64,000 nucleotides of DNA, taken from an uncultured bacterium. Lineage in GTDB: Bacteria > Verrucomicrobiota > Kiritimatiellia > RFP12 > UBA1067. Position 1 is the stretch's first letter; each line of letters starts with the position of its first letter. The stretch covers positions 3,929 to 67,928 of the forward strand of contig CACZCD010000001.1 of NCBI GenBank assembly GCA_902779565.1. The letters are read 5' to 3'. The translations under genes were made by a program, and so were the position numbers. The notes beneath the pieces are model-generated. The model made no database searches, was not told the DNA's origin, and saw only the letters and a program-made list of their open reading frames with translations. Of the stretch, positions 8,851-17,820 are shown one piece after another.

Positions 8851-9558
8851 TTATTCCGCCTTCACGACAATGTTCTTCACCTTTGCCGTTGCGGGCTTCA
8901 GCGATTCGCGCATCCCGTTGCGGCAGCTCACGACAAGCGTGTACGTGCCGGGTTCAGGCGGCTCCGCGAAGACGCAGTCGATGGTCTGGCTATCGCTCCG
9001 CTCCACTGTCGCCGTGGCGACGATGTCGCCCGTCTTGGCGTTGACGAGCCACACGCCCTCGTCCGGGTTGTCCGGCGAGATGCCGAGTTTCTGACCCTGA
9101 ATGAGCACGCGATTCGTGCCGGTGATCTCGGAAACGCGCTTCGTGACGGCGTCCATCACGGCGGCGACCGTACAGGTGAGACCGAGCGTGACGTTCTCCG
9201 GCAGCACCGCCGACATCGCACTCTTGAGCGGATCGAGCGTGCGTATCGTCGCGATGAGCTGGTGCCGTTCCGGATCGAACGCCTCATCCTCGCTCATGAA
9301 CGCGCCGCGTATCGCGAAGCCCGTGGTGAGCTGTCCGAGGTTAATGCGGTAGCCCGCAATCAGCTGAGTCATGATCTCCTCCGAGAGCGCGTCGAGGAAG
9401 TACTTCCACAGCGATGCGTCCTGCTTGGTGCGCTCCGCAAGACGCTCCGCGAGTTCATCGCGCCCGATCGTGCCGTTCGTCTGAACGTGGGCTGTATAGA
9501 CCACGCGATCCGTGATTGCGTCAGGAACACGCGTCAGGGAGAATACGATATTGTCCAT
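8851..9558 (-). CDS. HU-like DNA-binding domain / DUF4469 protein
   Basis: 235 aa. N-terminal HU-like module (VYTAHVQTNGTIGRDELAERLAERT...YRINLGQLTTGFAIRGAF). C-terminal DUF4469-like Ig module (LIQGQKLGISPDNPDEGVWLVNAKTGD...PGTYTLVV). Confidence 0.75.
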   Translation of the reverse strand: MDNIVFSLTRVPDAITDRVVYTAHVQTNGTIGRDELAERLAERTKQDASLWKYFLDALSEEIMTQLIAGYRINLGQLTTGFAIRGAFMSEDEAFDPERHQLIATIRTLDPLKSAMSAVLPENVTLGLTCTVAAVMDAVTKRVSEITGTNRVLIQGQKLGISPDNPDEGVWLVNAKTGDIVATATVERSDSQTIDCVFAEPPEPGTYTLVVSCRNGMRESLKPATAKVKNIVVKAE

Positions 9559-9571
9559 TGCATTCCCCCTT

Positions 9572-9763
9572 TCACTTGTTCACCTGAATGCCGAACGGCA
9601 CGCCAAGCCCCACAACCCCGATTGTGTGTGCGGAGTCCGCCGGAGTCGTGACGGCGGTGCATCCCGCAAGCGCCGCACCTGCGACGCCCGCAACGGCCGC
9701 AACTGCGGCCCGTACCGCCTCCTTCAGGAAGGCGATCAGCTTGTTCTTCAGCTTGCTTTTCAT
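9572..9763 (-). CDS. Small putative lipoprotein (63 aa)
   Basis: MKSKLKNKLIAFLKEAVRAAVAAVAGVAGAALAGC... with an LAGC lipobox-like site. Start placed at ATG 9763; the longer ORF-track start is unsupported. Confidence 0.5.
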   Translation of the reverse strand: MKSKLKNKLIAFLKEAVRAAVAAVAGVAGAALAGCTAVTTPADSAHTIGVVGLGVPFGIQVNK

Positions 9764-9876
9764 TGACTGTTTTCCTTTGTCTGCATTGAACGGCGGCGAG
9801 CGCATGGCCACGCGGACATGTACGTCCTCCGCCACCATGCATTGGCGTCGGGGATGCGTCCGGGTTCGGAAAATCT

Positions 9877-10374
9877 TCAGAAACCTTCCGCCGCCCACAA
9901 CGCCTTGAACCGCGAAATGAATCCCGGCAGAACATGACGCCGGAACGTCCACATGGCGATGCCGATCTCCGCCGCGACCTTCTTCCAGTTCAGCAGCTTC
10001 ATGTAAAGTTCGGCAATCCGGCGATCCTCCGGCGAAAGCCGAGCGACGGTGTGGCGCACCGCAAGGCGGTCACGCTCCCGGACACGCTGACGCGACGACA
10101 TGGCGTACATGTCCCGCACGGCCTCAACGGCAGGCTCTCCACACCGCATCTGCCACGGAATGAGGGACCGAAAATTGCGCCGCCCTTCGTTCTGCGCCTC
10201 GTTCAAAGCCAAGGAAAGCGCAGCCTTCCGACCGCGCTCCCCTTTATCCTTATTATAGTGCAACCTCCGCAGTATCATGTTCTCGACATCCGATTCGTCG
10301 AGTCCATACGGACGATGCTCACGCACATAGCGCCTCGACCAATGCCGAGCGAAGTCGATTGATTTCCGGTCCAT
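9877..10374 (-). CDS. Sigma-70 region-4-like HTH protein (small sigma/ECF-like regulator)
   Basis: 165 aa. LSPEDRRIAELYMKLLNWKKVAAEIGIAMWTFRRHV resembles a sigma70_r4-type HTH. I see no clear region 2. Confidence 0.6.
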   Translation of the reverse strand: MDRKSIDFARHWSRRYVREHRPYGLDESDVENMILRRLHYNKDKGERGRKAALSLALNEAQNEGRRNFRSLIPWQMRCGEPAVEAVRDMYAMSSRQRVRERDRLAVRHTVARLSPEDRRIAELYMKLLNWKKVAAEIGIAMWTFRRHVLPGFISRFKALWAAEGF

Positions 10375-10484
10375 GCCAATGTCCTTTTTCTGGTGGAGGT
10401 CCGGCCCATTCCAGACACTCCCAAGACATTGGCATCGACTTCGCCATCAGGTTCGGTTTCAACGAAAACAATTCAAAAAACTTA

Positions 10485-10631
10485 GCAGGGTGCGACACCC
10501 GGACATCGCACCCTGCAATCACCAAACTCCGCAAGGTGCGACACGGACACTTCGCACCCTGCGACTCTCTCTTGTTGCACCCTGCAACATCGCGCTATCG
10601 CACCTTGCCACTTTCGCCCGTCATACCCTGC
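10485..10631. promoter_or_regulatory. Iteron/operator cluster: two 32-bp palindromes (GCARGGTGCGA-N10-TCGCACCCTGC) plus three direct half-sites, right halves phased at 23 bp
   Basis: Right half-sites at 10506, 10552, 10575, 10598 and 10621. Inverted left halves at 10485 and 10531. The cluster lies 110-260 bp upstream of the sigma-like gene. Confidence 0.8.
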
Positions 10632-10803
10632 GACTCAAAAAACCTCTTTTAGGGCACCCAAACCACCGCCCCCGCATCATCGCGCCGCCCCTCCGCTCAT
10701 GCATTGAAGGCCCCTGTTCTCCACCGTTTTAACAAAGGAGGGCCGCCACCGACATTGGCCTGCCTTCCGAATTCATTGGTGCAATAGCTTGTTCATTCAT
10801 AGT

Positions 10804-11634
10804 TTACATCTTTGGCATCGTGTCCTTCATGCCAAGCGCAAGATACTTGGAGCGCGCATAGTCGTAGTACTTGAGATCGACTATGGAATTCTCTGGAATG
10901 CCGATCGAGGCAAGGTAGCGGTGACGTGCAGTGGTGTCCACGCCATCGGTGCAGCCGGGCACAACAAGGCAGCGAACCTCCATCTTCGCCTTCGCCGCGA
11001 CCAGCCGCTCAAGATTCTTCCTGACGATCTTGTTTGAAACTCCCGTGTACTTCATGTGCAACGTATCGTCCTCGGCCTTGTAGTCTGGGAGCCACAGGTC
11101 CGTGACGGGCAGCATCGCGTCAATCGCAGCGGGTGGCGCGTAGAGCGATGTGTCAAGGCATGTATGAAGTCCGGCGGCCTTGAATGCCTTGAACAGCTCC
11201 GCCGCCCATTCCCAGAAGAACAGCGGTTCGCCGCCGGAGAGCGTCACGCCACCGCCCGACTCGTCGTAGAACGCCTTGTCCTCAAGAGCCTTCGCGACGA
11301 TCTCGGGAATCGTCATCGGCTTGCCGTAGAGCTTGAGCGCCCGCGTCGGACACGTTGCCTCGTCCATCGTGCAATGCTCGTGGTGCTTGCACAGGTGCTG
11401 GAACCGCGCCCACTGCGCCTCAGACTTTATCGATTCGGGGTTGTGGCACCAGATGCACTTCAAGGGGCACCCCTTCACGAAGAAGGTCGTGCGGATGCCC
11501 GGCCCGTCCCAGATCGCCATCCGTTTAGTGTCGAGCATCAGCGGCGCCTTAACGGCACGCCCGGCTGCGGACAGCATTGGGCTTACGGCAAACGCTGTCG
11601 AAGATACGATGAAACTCTTGCGCGTTACAGTCAT
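10804..11634 (-). CDS. Glycyl-radical enzyme activating enzyme (radical SAM, PflA-like short type)
   Basis: DGPGIRTTFFVKGCPLKCIWCHNPES (CxxxCxxC) and GGVTLSGGEPL. An alternative start at M33 (MLDTKRM) is possible, since the first 30 aa look signal-like. Confidence 0.9.
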   Translation of the reverse strand: MTVTRKSFIVSSTAFAVSPMLSAAGRAVKAPLMLDTKRMAIWDGPGIRTTFFVKGCPLKCIWCHNPESIKSEAQWARFQHLCKHHEHCTMDEATCPTRALKLYGKPMTIPEIVAKALEDKAFYDESGGGVTLSGGEPLFFWEWAAELFKAFKAAGLHTCLDTSLYAPPAAIDAMLPVTDLWLPDYKAEDDTLHMKYTGVSNKIVRKNLERLVAAKAKMEVRCLVVPGCTDGVDTTARHRYLASIGIPENSIVDLKYYDYARSKYLALGMKDTMPKM

Positions 11635-11638
11635 TATG

Positions 11639-11686
11639 TCACCACTGCTTCATGATATTCTCGGCACGGCGGATGTAGGCATGCCC
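11639..11686 (-). pseudogene. Relic 3' end of a glycyl-radical enzyme gene (16 codons)
   Basis: The minus strand reads GHAYIRRAENIMKQW-stop, preceded by an in-frame TAA. The intact enzyme ends DAYIRRAENVMKGW-stop at 17821-17865. Confidence 0.75.
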
Positions 11687-11717
11687 TTATTGTGCCACAT
11701 TGGCGCATCAGCCACTT

Positions 11718-14700
11718 TCAAGGCAAATATGGACGAATGCAGACGAAATTGACGCCCAGGCGCTCACCCTTGGACGCGGCCTCGTCCGTGATCACGAGTT
11801 CCGTTTCGCCGCGCTCGGCCGCAAACACGACCTGATGCAGGTTGATCCGCCCGTATTTGCCCTTCTTCTTGCTGACCTTCGTGCTGCGGTCAACATATGA
11901 CCAGCTGAGTTCGGGAAGCAACCGCACACCGTCCTTGAAGATGGCCTTAAGCGGAATTTCGCGCGGGTTGGCCTTTCCGGCCTTCATGTCGTCCACATCA
12001 AACGTGGCGTACCTGAGAACGTATGTCCTCCCAGCGACAAGGCCGCAGACCGACTGCGTAAGGTTGTTCGCGGTTTCGCCGCGCTTGAACGAAGCGAAGG
12101 TGTCGCCGCATCCAGTTCTGCCCGCCAGATAACGGTTTTCGGCCCACTCGGCAAGCTTGGGGCATTCGTCAAGCGTCACGTCCCCATGCACCTTCCACGG
12201 CCCGAAAGCGTGCTCGAAATCGCCGTTCCGGAGATGGCCCGGGATGTAGCGCAGACCATACTGCTCCGCAATCGAATCGGTGCGTCCCTCTATGCAGTAG
12301 TGCCGCATCAGGCGGAACGACCAGCGCAGCGTATCGTCATCGGCATGATGGGCGCCCCAGTAACCGGCGGCGACGAGACCATCGCATCGCGGGTCGGTGG
12401 CGAGCGCGTGTATCTGCATCGCGAGATACGCGTTGTAATCGACCTCGGGATGGTGCGCGATCGAAAGCTGCAGAAGCCCCGTGAAGTTCCCACTGACCAC
12501 GCCCAGGCAGTCCTGGCAGAACGGATGCGTATCGCGATACAGCCCCACGCCGACAATCATGGATTCGATGGCCGCAAGCGCCTCAGCCTCCGTCTTTTTC
12601 GTGCGCATATAGCGCTCGTTGAGGAGAAGTCCGCGCCCATGGCCGGCATTCGCAATCGCCGCGAACATCTCGGACTCAATCGGCCGCCGCGTTGGCGACG
12701 CGATCACCCAGGTGCAGACCGTCCGCTCCGTGTCGCGTTCCGCGCAGAACTTCTCGATGGCGTCTATGAACTCCATGTTGGTCTTGTCGTTCTTCGGGCG
12801 GAGTCCCTGTTCGTCGAGCGTGATGCCGTCGCATGCGCGCTGGTTCAGCCCCGTCGATCTGCCGATGTTCCTGCTCATCCTCTCGGCCGTGCCGAGCGTC
12901 CTCACGTTCGCGAGCCACTGCCGCCCGAGGTCGTGCAACCGCCCGATGCTCTCCTTGGGCGCAGGCCCGCCGTTCATCGTCGTCACGCTTGGAACCACGT
13001 AGCGCCAGTAGAAGTCCCAATCGTAGCTCTCCTTGAGCGGCAGCTTGCGCGCGTAGGGGGCATAACAGATGATCATGGGGATCTCGCGCACCGCAATCCG
13101 CCCGGCGCCCTTGACGGCAAGCTGGTGCTCGCCTTGAGAAACAAGCCGCACCGTCTCCAGGGCGGGCGTGCCGTTCGTTATCACGCACTGCCCGTCAAGG
13201 CTTACCTCCGCGCTGTCAGCACCCGACACTCCGATGAACACCCATCCGTGTCTCCGCGTCTCGAACAGAAACTCTCCGGACGTCTCCTCCCCTGGCATTT
13301 TGGCGTCCAGCACCTCGGTCACGTAGTTGTTGAGTCGTTTGCGCCGCTCGGGATGCTTGATCTCCTGCACGGTCTCCACGCCGTACCGATACTTCTTCTC
13401 GTGTATTGCCGTTCCATCGCTGCGGCGCACCAGCGAAACCGTCATACAACCGGAATCGGCATTCTCCGGTAACGTGAAGAACATCTCGTCGCGCACAAGC
13501 GGTGCCCGCAGTTCGCCGCCCCATCCTTCGGAAGATATGAAGACGTCGCAAGTGCTCAGATCGGCGCCGCCCGGCAACTCCCCGAAAAAGCGAAACGAGA
13601 AACGCCGGTCGTCGCTTCTGATCCGCGCAAGCCGGCGGCTCCAAGGCACGAAGCGGGGCTTGCCGTCCACGGATTCGACGGTCCTGTCGGCATCCGAATG
13701 GGCAGTCCAGAATATGGCCGGCCTCAGATCGACATCGCCATCTGCGAGCGTAAACTTCACGTCCTCGAGCTTCACGTTGTCGGCGCAGTCGATGTAGAGG
13801 CCGAATGCCGGCAGGATTGAGGACCCGAAGCTGACCGCAGCATCAGGATACGCTCCCGGCAGCTTCGGCACGGGCTTTTCCATCGCCTCCTTGCTCTTCT
13901 CCTCCCCGGCACCATGGCATGTGATCTTCACGTTCCGCAACGTTACGTTCTTCGCGCGGCATCCGTCAACGCCGGTGATGGAGCTCGCCACAACGCCGTC
14001 CGCCTCGCCCGTCACGTTCTCGATCACGATGTCGCGCAGGATGTAGCTTTTGCCCGGCGACACTCCGGTTGAACGCCCGGTGCGCGTGCCGCCGCGCACG
14101 AATATCGGAACCTTCGCGCCATTCTCAAACGTTATACCGCTGTACCGCACCTGCTCCACCATTCCACCGTCCACGCACTCAACGGAGATGGCCGAGTTGG
14201 CAACGCCGAACGGCGCGCGCTTCGTCGCGCGCCAGAAATACCTGTTCTTCCCGCGATGTTTGGGATTCTTCGAAAGACAGTCGCGCCTCGCGGCCTCGCA
14301 GCGACAGTCTTCGAAGCGGATATTGCGCACCGTGCCGTGGCTGGCCGTGCCTATCTTGAACACGTTGCATTGCGAGCGCCCCACGCAGCGGCGGATCAGG
14401 ACGTTCTCCACGGTGTAGTCTGGGTCGTTGGATTTTATGCAGAACGCATCGTCGCCCGAATCGACATCGCAGTCCTCGATAAGCACGTTCTTCGCCTCGA
14501 TGTCGAACCCGTCGTTGAAGGAATCGGCATGGCTATCGACCTTCACGCGCCGCGCCACAACGTCCTCGCAGCGCTTGAACACGATTCCCCAGCAGGCCGC
14601 GTCGCGCAGGGTGAAATCCTCCAGACGCACCCCCTTGCAGTCCCCGAAGAACAGTCCGCGTGCGTTCAGGCCCTCGCGGCAACCCTTGACGTCCTTCGGG

Positions 14701-15062
14701 CGCTGCGGCCAGCTGAAGCCGTCGCCAAACACCGTCCCCGGCCCCGTGACCGCAACGTTCGTGGCGCAGAGCGCGAACACCACCGCGCTCCACGTCCCCT
14801 CGGAACACGGAAGTTCGGTTACGCGGTAGTCCTTGATGTTCGCAGACCCTTGCAGAACTGCGCCTTCGGCAAGATGCAGCTCCACATTGCTCTTGAGGTC
14901 AAGCTGTCCCACAAGATGCCGCCCGGCCGGCACAACCACCCGTCCACCGCCAGCCGCGTTCGCCGCATCGATCGCGGTCTGCCAGCGCGCGGTTTCGAAA
15001 CCATCTGCAAAAGCGGCCAGCTTGATTGCGCCGGCCGCCGCTACGCAAAATGCACGCAACAT
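11718..15062 (-). CDS. Secreted multidomain glycoside hydrolase: N-terminal GH28-like beta-helix, C-terminal CBM-like domain
   Basis: NDGFDIEAKNVLIEDCDVDSGDDAFCIKS (GH28-type catalytic Asp pattern). Signal peptide present. A C-terminal NGDFE... galactose-binding-like module. ATG at 15062 overlaps the upstream stop (TGATG); the ORF-track start at 15065 is GTG. Confidence 0.8.
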   Translation of the reverse strand: MLRAFCVAAAGAIKLAAFADGFETARWQTAIDAANAAGGGRVVVPAGRHLVGQLDLKSNVELHLAEGAVLQGSANIKDYRVTELPCSEGTWSAVVFALCATNVAVTGPGTVFGDGFSWPQRPKDVKGCREGLNARGLFFGDCKGVRLEDFTLRDAACWGIVFKRCEDVVARRVKVDSHADSFNDGFDIEAKNVLIEDCDVDSGDDAFCIKSNDPDYTVENVLIRRCVGRSQCNVFKIGTASHGTVRNIRFEDCRCEAARRDCLSKNPKHRGKNRYFWRATKRAPFGVANSAISVECVDGGMVEQVRYSGITFENGAKVPIFVRGGTRTGRSTGVSPGKSYILRDIVIENVTGEADGVVASSITGVDGCRAKNVTLRNVKITCHGAGEEKSKEAMEKPVPKLPGAYPDAAVSFGSSILPAFGLYIDCADNVKLEDVKFTLADGDVDLRPAIFWTAHSDADRTVESVDGKPRFVPWSRRLARIRSDDRRFSFRFFGELPGGADLSTCDVFISSEGWGGELRAPLVRDEMFFTLPENADSGCMTVSLVRRSDGTAIHEKKYRYGVETVQEIKHPERRKRLNNYVTEVLDAKMPGEETSGEFLFETRRHGWVFIGVSGADSAEVSLDGQCVITNGTPALETVRLVSQGEHQLAVKGAGRIAVREIPMIICYAPYARKLPLKESYDWDFYWRYVVPSVTTMNGGPAPKESIGRLHDLGRQWLANVRTLGTAERMSRNIGRSTGLNQRACDGITLDEQGLRPKNDKTNMEFIDAIEKFCAERDTERTVCTWVIASPTRRPIESEMFAAIANAGHGRGLLLNERYMRTKKTEAEALAAIESMIVGVGLYRDTHPFCQDCLGVVSGNFTGLLQLSIAHHPEVDYNAYLAMQIHALATDPRCDGLVAAGYWGAHHADDDTLRWSFRLMRHYCIEGRTDSIAEQYGLRYIPGHLRNGDFEHAFGPWKVHGDVTLDECPKLAEWAENRYLAGRTGCGDTFASFKRGETANNLTQSVCGLVAGRTYVLRYATFDVDDMKAGKANPREIPLKAIFKDGVRLLPELSWSYVDRSTKVSKKKGKYGRINLHQVVFAAERGETELVITDEAASKGERLGVNFVCIRPYLP

Positions 15063-16402
15063 CACTCAATGCTCCCCATGCAGACGAGACGCACACCGTG
15101 CGTCTCGCTTCTATACGTCGGAGAGCCGTTCCCACGCGAAGCAGACCTGCATAAAGAAGCCGCACTTCCGTAGTAACCTCCACGCACAACGCGCATAGAT
15201 GAAGTGCCACGCCGCGGAGACTGGCCATCGTCGGAGACGTTTGCCGCTCCGTTGAGGCTGGAGCAGTCGTCCACATAGTAGTCGTGGCACCATTCCCCCA
15301 AGTTGCCATGCATATCGTAGAGTCCCCAACTATTCTTGCCGTACGACCCGACAGCCGCAGTTGCGTTGTTGGTGGTGCAGAACCTGTCGGGAGCGTCCGT
15401 ACCGTTCACAAGCCCGCCGTTGTACTTGTACCGCCCTGGCAGATTGGAATCTTCTTCCGCATTAGAGTACGGAGTGCCGTCGCCCCATTTGCCTTCGCCG
15501 TTGCCGGCGCGGCAAGCGAATTCCCACTGCGCTTCCGTGGGCATGTCGAAGTCTATGCTTGTCCGCTTGCGAATCATTCCGAGAAATGAATTCTTATGTG
15601 GTGCTTGGGGCCAGTAGGTGGTCTTGTCTGGTTGCACCTGGCTGGTAGTCACCCACCCGGAACACCTGATCTCGGTATAGGCAACGCGATCTACCGGACG
15701 CATTGCTTTGTATGCCTCGTTCGTGTATATGCTGGGGCACTTCCCCATCACGTGATACCATTGCGTCTGGGTCACGGGGAATACGCCGATGTAGTAGTCG
15801 TTCGAGAGCGTCACGAGATGCGGAATTTCGTTTGCCGAGTTGCGCCCAGCCTCGTTGACGCTGCCCATGGTCCACTCCACGTTCTTCGCGTGGATGCGGC
15901 GCATGACCATCTTCGTGGTGCGGTAGTCGTCGTTGCCAAGAAGGCCGCCGGGAAGGAACTCCTCGGACGGATAGTACGCCTGCGTATTTGTCGATACGGT
16001 TGTGATATCCACCACCATGTAGTCCGGCGGCGCGTTCGTCTCCCAGGCCGTGAGAACGGCGCGGATGTTGTTCGCGGGAACCCTGTGTCCCGGCCACGAG
16101 AGGTCGGGCCGCCATTTGATGGAGTAGCGCGACTTGCCGCCAACGATACGGAACACGTCGCTGTCCTCGGTGAAGTTCTGGATGTGTTCGCCGCCGATCG
16201 ACACCCATCCGTTCGCGCCGTTCGTCTGCACGTCAAGCGTCACCACCGCCGGAGACTGCGTGAGTGAATACTCGATGGTTACCGTTCGCCTGACTTGCCG
16301 CACCGTCATGTCTGTGACCTCAGGAAGGTCCGCAATTCCGGAGACGGCGGCGCACGCCGTAATTGCCGCCGCGAATGCCATTTTCATCTTCTGTGCTTTC
16401 AT
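15062..16402 (-). CDS. Secreted SUMF1/FGE-sulfatase domain protein with an N-terminal Ig-like region
   Basis: WGLYDMHGNLGEWCHDYY...RVVRGGYYGSAASLCRSASR, the formylglycine-generating-enzyme fold signature. Signal peptide present. Confidence 0.85.
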   Translation of the reverse strand: MKAQKMKMAFAAAITACAAVSGIADLPEVTDMTVRQVRRTVTIEYSLTQSPAVVTLDVQTNGANGWVSIGGEHIQNFTEDSDVFRIVGGKSRYSIKWRPDLSWPGHRVPANNIRAVLTAWETNAPPDYMVVDITTVSTNTQAYYPSEEFLPGGLLGNDDYRTTKMVMRRIHAKNVEWTMGSVNEAGRNSANEIPHLVTLSNDYYIGVFPVTQTQWYHVMGKCPSIYTNEAYKAMRPVDRVAYTEIRCSGWVTTSQVQPDKTTYWPQAPHKNSFLGMIRKRTSIDFDMPTEAQWEFACRAGNGEGKWGDGTPYSNAEEDSNLPGRYKYNGGLVNGTDAPDRFCTTNNATAAVGSYGKNSWGLYDMHGNLGEWCHDYYVDDCSSLNGAANVSDDGQSPRRGTSSMRVVRGGYYGSAASLCRSASRGNGSPTYRSETHGVRLVCMGSIE

Positions 16403-16423
16403 TGTTTTTCCTCTTTGATTGGG

Positions 16424-16621
16424 TTACCTGATGCAGACCGAAATTCCACGGAAGAGCCCGTCGCTGTTAAAGTCGAATCCGGAGACCGCCGTTTCCGTGC
16501 AGTATCTGGTATCAAGCTCGAAACCGAACAAAGCCACGCCTGGCATCACCACGTCGTCTGACGCGGTGGAGGCCGCCATCAATGCCGCCGTTGCGGCAAG
16601 AACTGCAATCTTCTTCATCAT
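16424..16621 (-). CDS. Small secreted protein (65 aa)
   Basis: MMKKIAVLAATAALMAASTASDD... signal peptide. GGAGAGAG lies upstream. The ATG overlaps the upstream stop (ATGA). No homology that I recognise. Confidence 0.5.
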   Translation of the reverse strand: MMKKIAVLAATAALMAASTASDDVVMPGVALFGFELDTRYCTETAVSGFDFNSDGLFRGISVCIR

Positions 16622-17685
16622 GCTCTCTCCTTTTGTTTTAATGCTTCTGCGAAAAGATCTATACCCTTGAGGTTGAAGTCGAGGTTCGCCTGCGAACAGC
16701 AGTTGGCCCATGGGGCCATGAGAAAACCGAGGAGGTGTTCGCTCAATATGTGCTTGCGGCAGTACGGCACGAGCGCGCCGATGATGTCGTCGCCGCCGGT
16801 CTTCTGCCGTTTGCGCGCACCGGCGCCCGCCCAGTTCGTGCCGCACGGTATCTGGTCGAAGCCAGCCTTCTCAAGCGCATCGAACGCAGCAAGGCGGTGC
16901 GCGTGCCTGTTGATCTTCGGATCGAGCGACCATTGTCCGAGCTGTTCGTCGTAGTACCAGTTGGACTGCACCACGCTTCTCGGGCAGCGCGTGAAGAACT
17001 CCTCGTGCTCCCAGCCGAAATCACTCCACACCCAGGCGCGCGAGCCAAGCTCCTCCACGCAGCCGACGGTGTAGAGGAAATCGCGCCACCACATGTCGCC
17101 CTGGCGCATGACGAAGTAGTCGCGCCCAGGCGCAAAAAGCGCAGTCTCCTCGTCCCAGCCGAGGTGGAAGAAGCGAGGACGCGAGAAGATCTCCGAAACG
17201 TCACGGATGACGTCTTTGGCCACAATATACCATTCCGGCAGCGTCAACATCCTATGATAATCCTTAAGCCAGCCGTCGTGCGTAGCGGAGAAGTTCAGCT
17301 TCGGGATCGGCTCAAGGCCTGCGGTCCTTAGGCGCTCCACCTCCGCGCGAAGCTTCTCCGCCGACCAGCTGCCCTCAATCGCCAGCTCGGGATGGCTGGG
17401 ATAGATGAGACCCTCGCCGATATCAATCACGATCATGTTGAGATTGCGCTCAACCATCCTATCCGTCACGCGCCGCCAAAGTTCTTCCTTGCATCGAAGG
17501 TTCAGGTCTGGAGTCAGGCGTTTCGGCAGGGAATGCCAAAGATGGCGCGGCAGCCACTCGCCCCACATGTTGTGGCCAAGATGCATCAGCATGGCGCGGA
17601 TGGGTTCCTTCCCGCCTGCATAAGCACCGCCCGCCCCGCGCGTTCCGCGCGAGGCATCGGTGTTGCTATTGATGTCAGTTGCCAT
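16618..17685 (-). CDS. TIM-barrel glycoside-hydrolase-like protein (GH20-like motifs)
   Basis: 355 aa. IRAMLMHLGHNMW and FHLGWDEE resemble the GH20-type R-x-LD and H-x-G-x-DE regions, so the functional call is tentative. Confidence 0.6.
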   Translation of the reverse strand: MATDINSNTDASRGTRGAGGAYAGGKEPIRAMLMHLGHNMWGEWLPRHLWHSLPKRLTPDLNLRCKEELWRRVTDRMVERNLNMIVIDIGEGLIYPSHPELAIEGSWSAEKLRAEVERLRTAGLEPIPKLNFSATHDGWLKDYHRMLTLPEWYIVAKDVIRDVSEIFSRPRFFHLGWDEETALFAPGRDYFVMRQGDMWWRDFLYTVGCVEELGSRAWVWSDFGWEHEEFFTRCPRSVVQSNWYYDEQLGQWSLDPKINRHAHRLAAFDALEKAGFDQIPCGTNWAGAGARKRQKTGGDDIIGALVPYCRKHILSEHLLGFLMAPWANCCSQANLDFNLKGIDLFAEALKQKERA

Positions 17686-17820
17686 TTGCTTTATGCCGCT
17701 TGATCCTGATGCAACTCTGGTTGTTCCTTAATTGGCGCGTGTTATATCCCGACCGCATCCTATTTCGCAATCCCGATAGAAAGGTGAATCCGCCATCTCG
17801 CATAGGACAGTCATTGTGTG

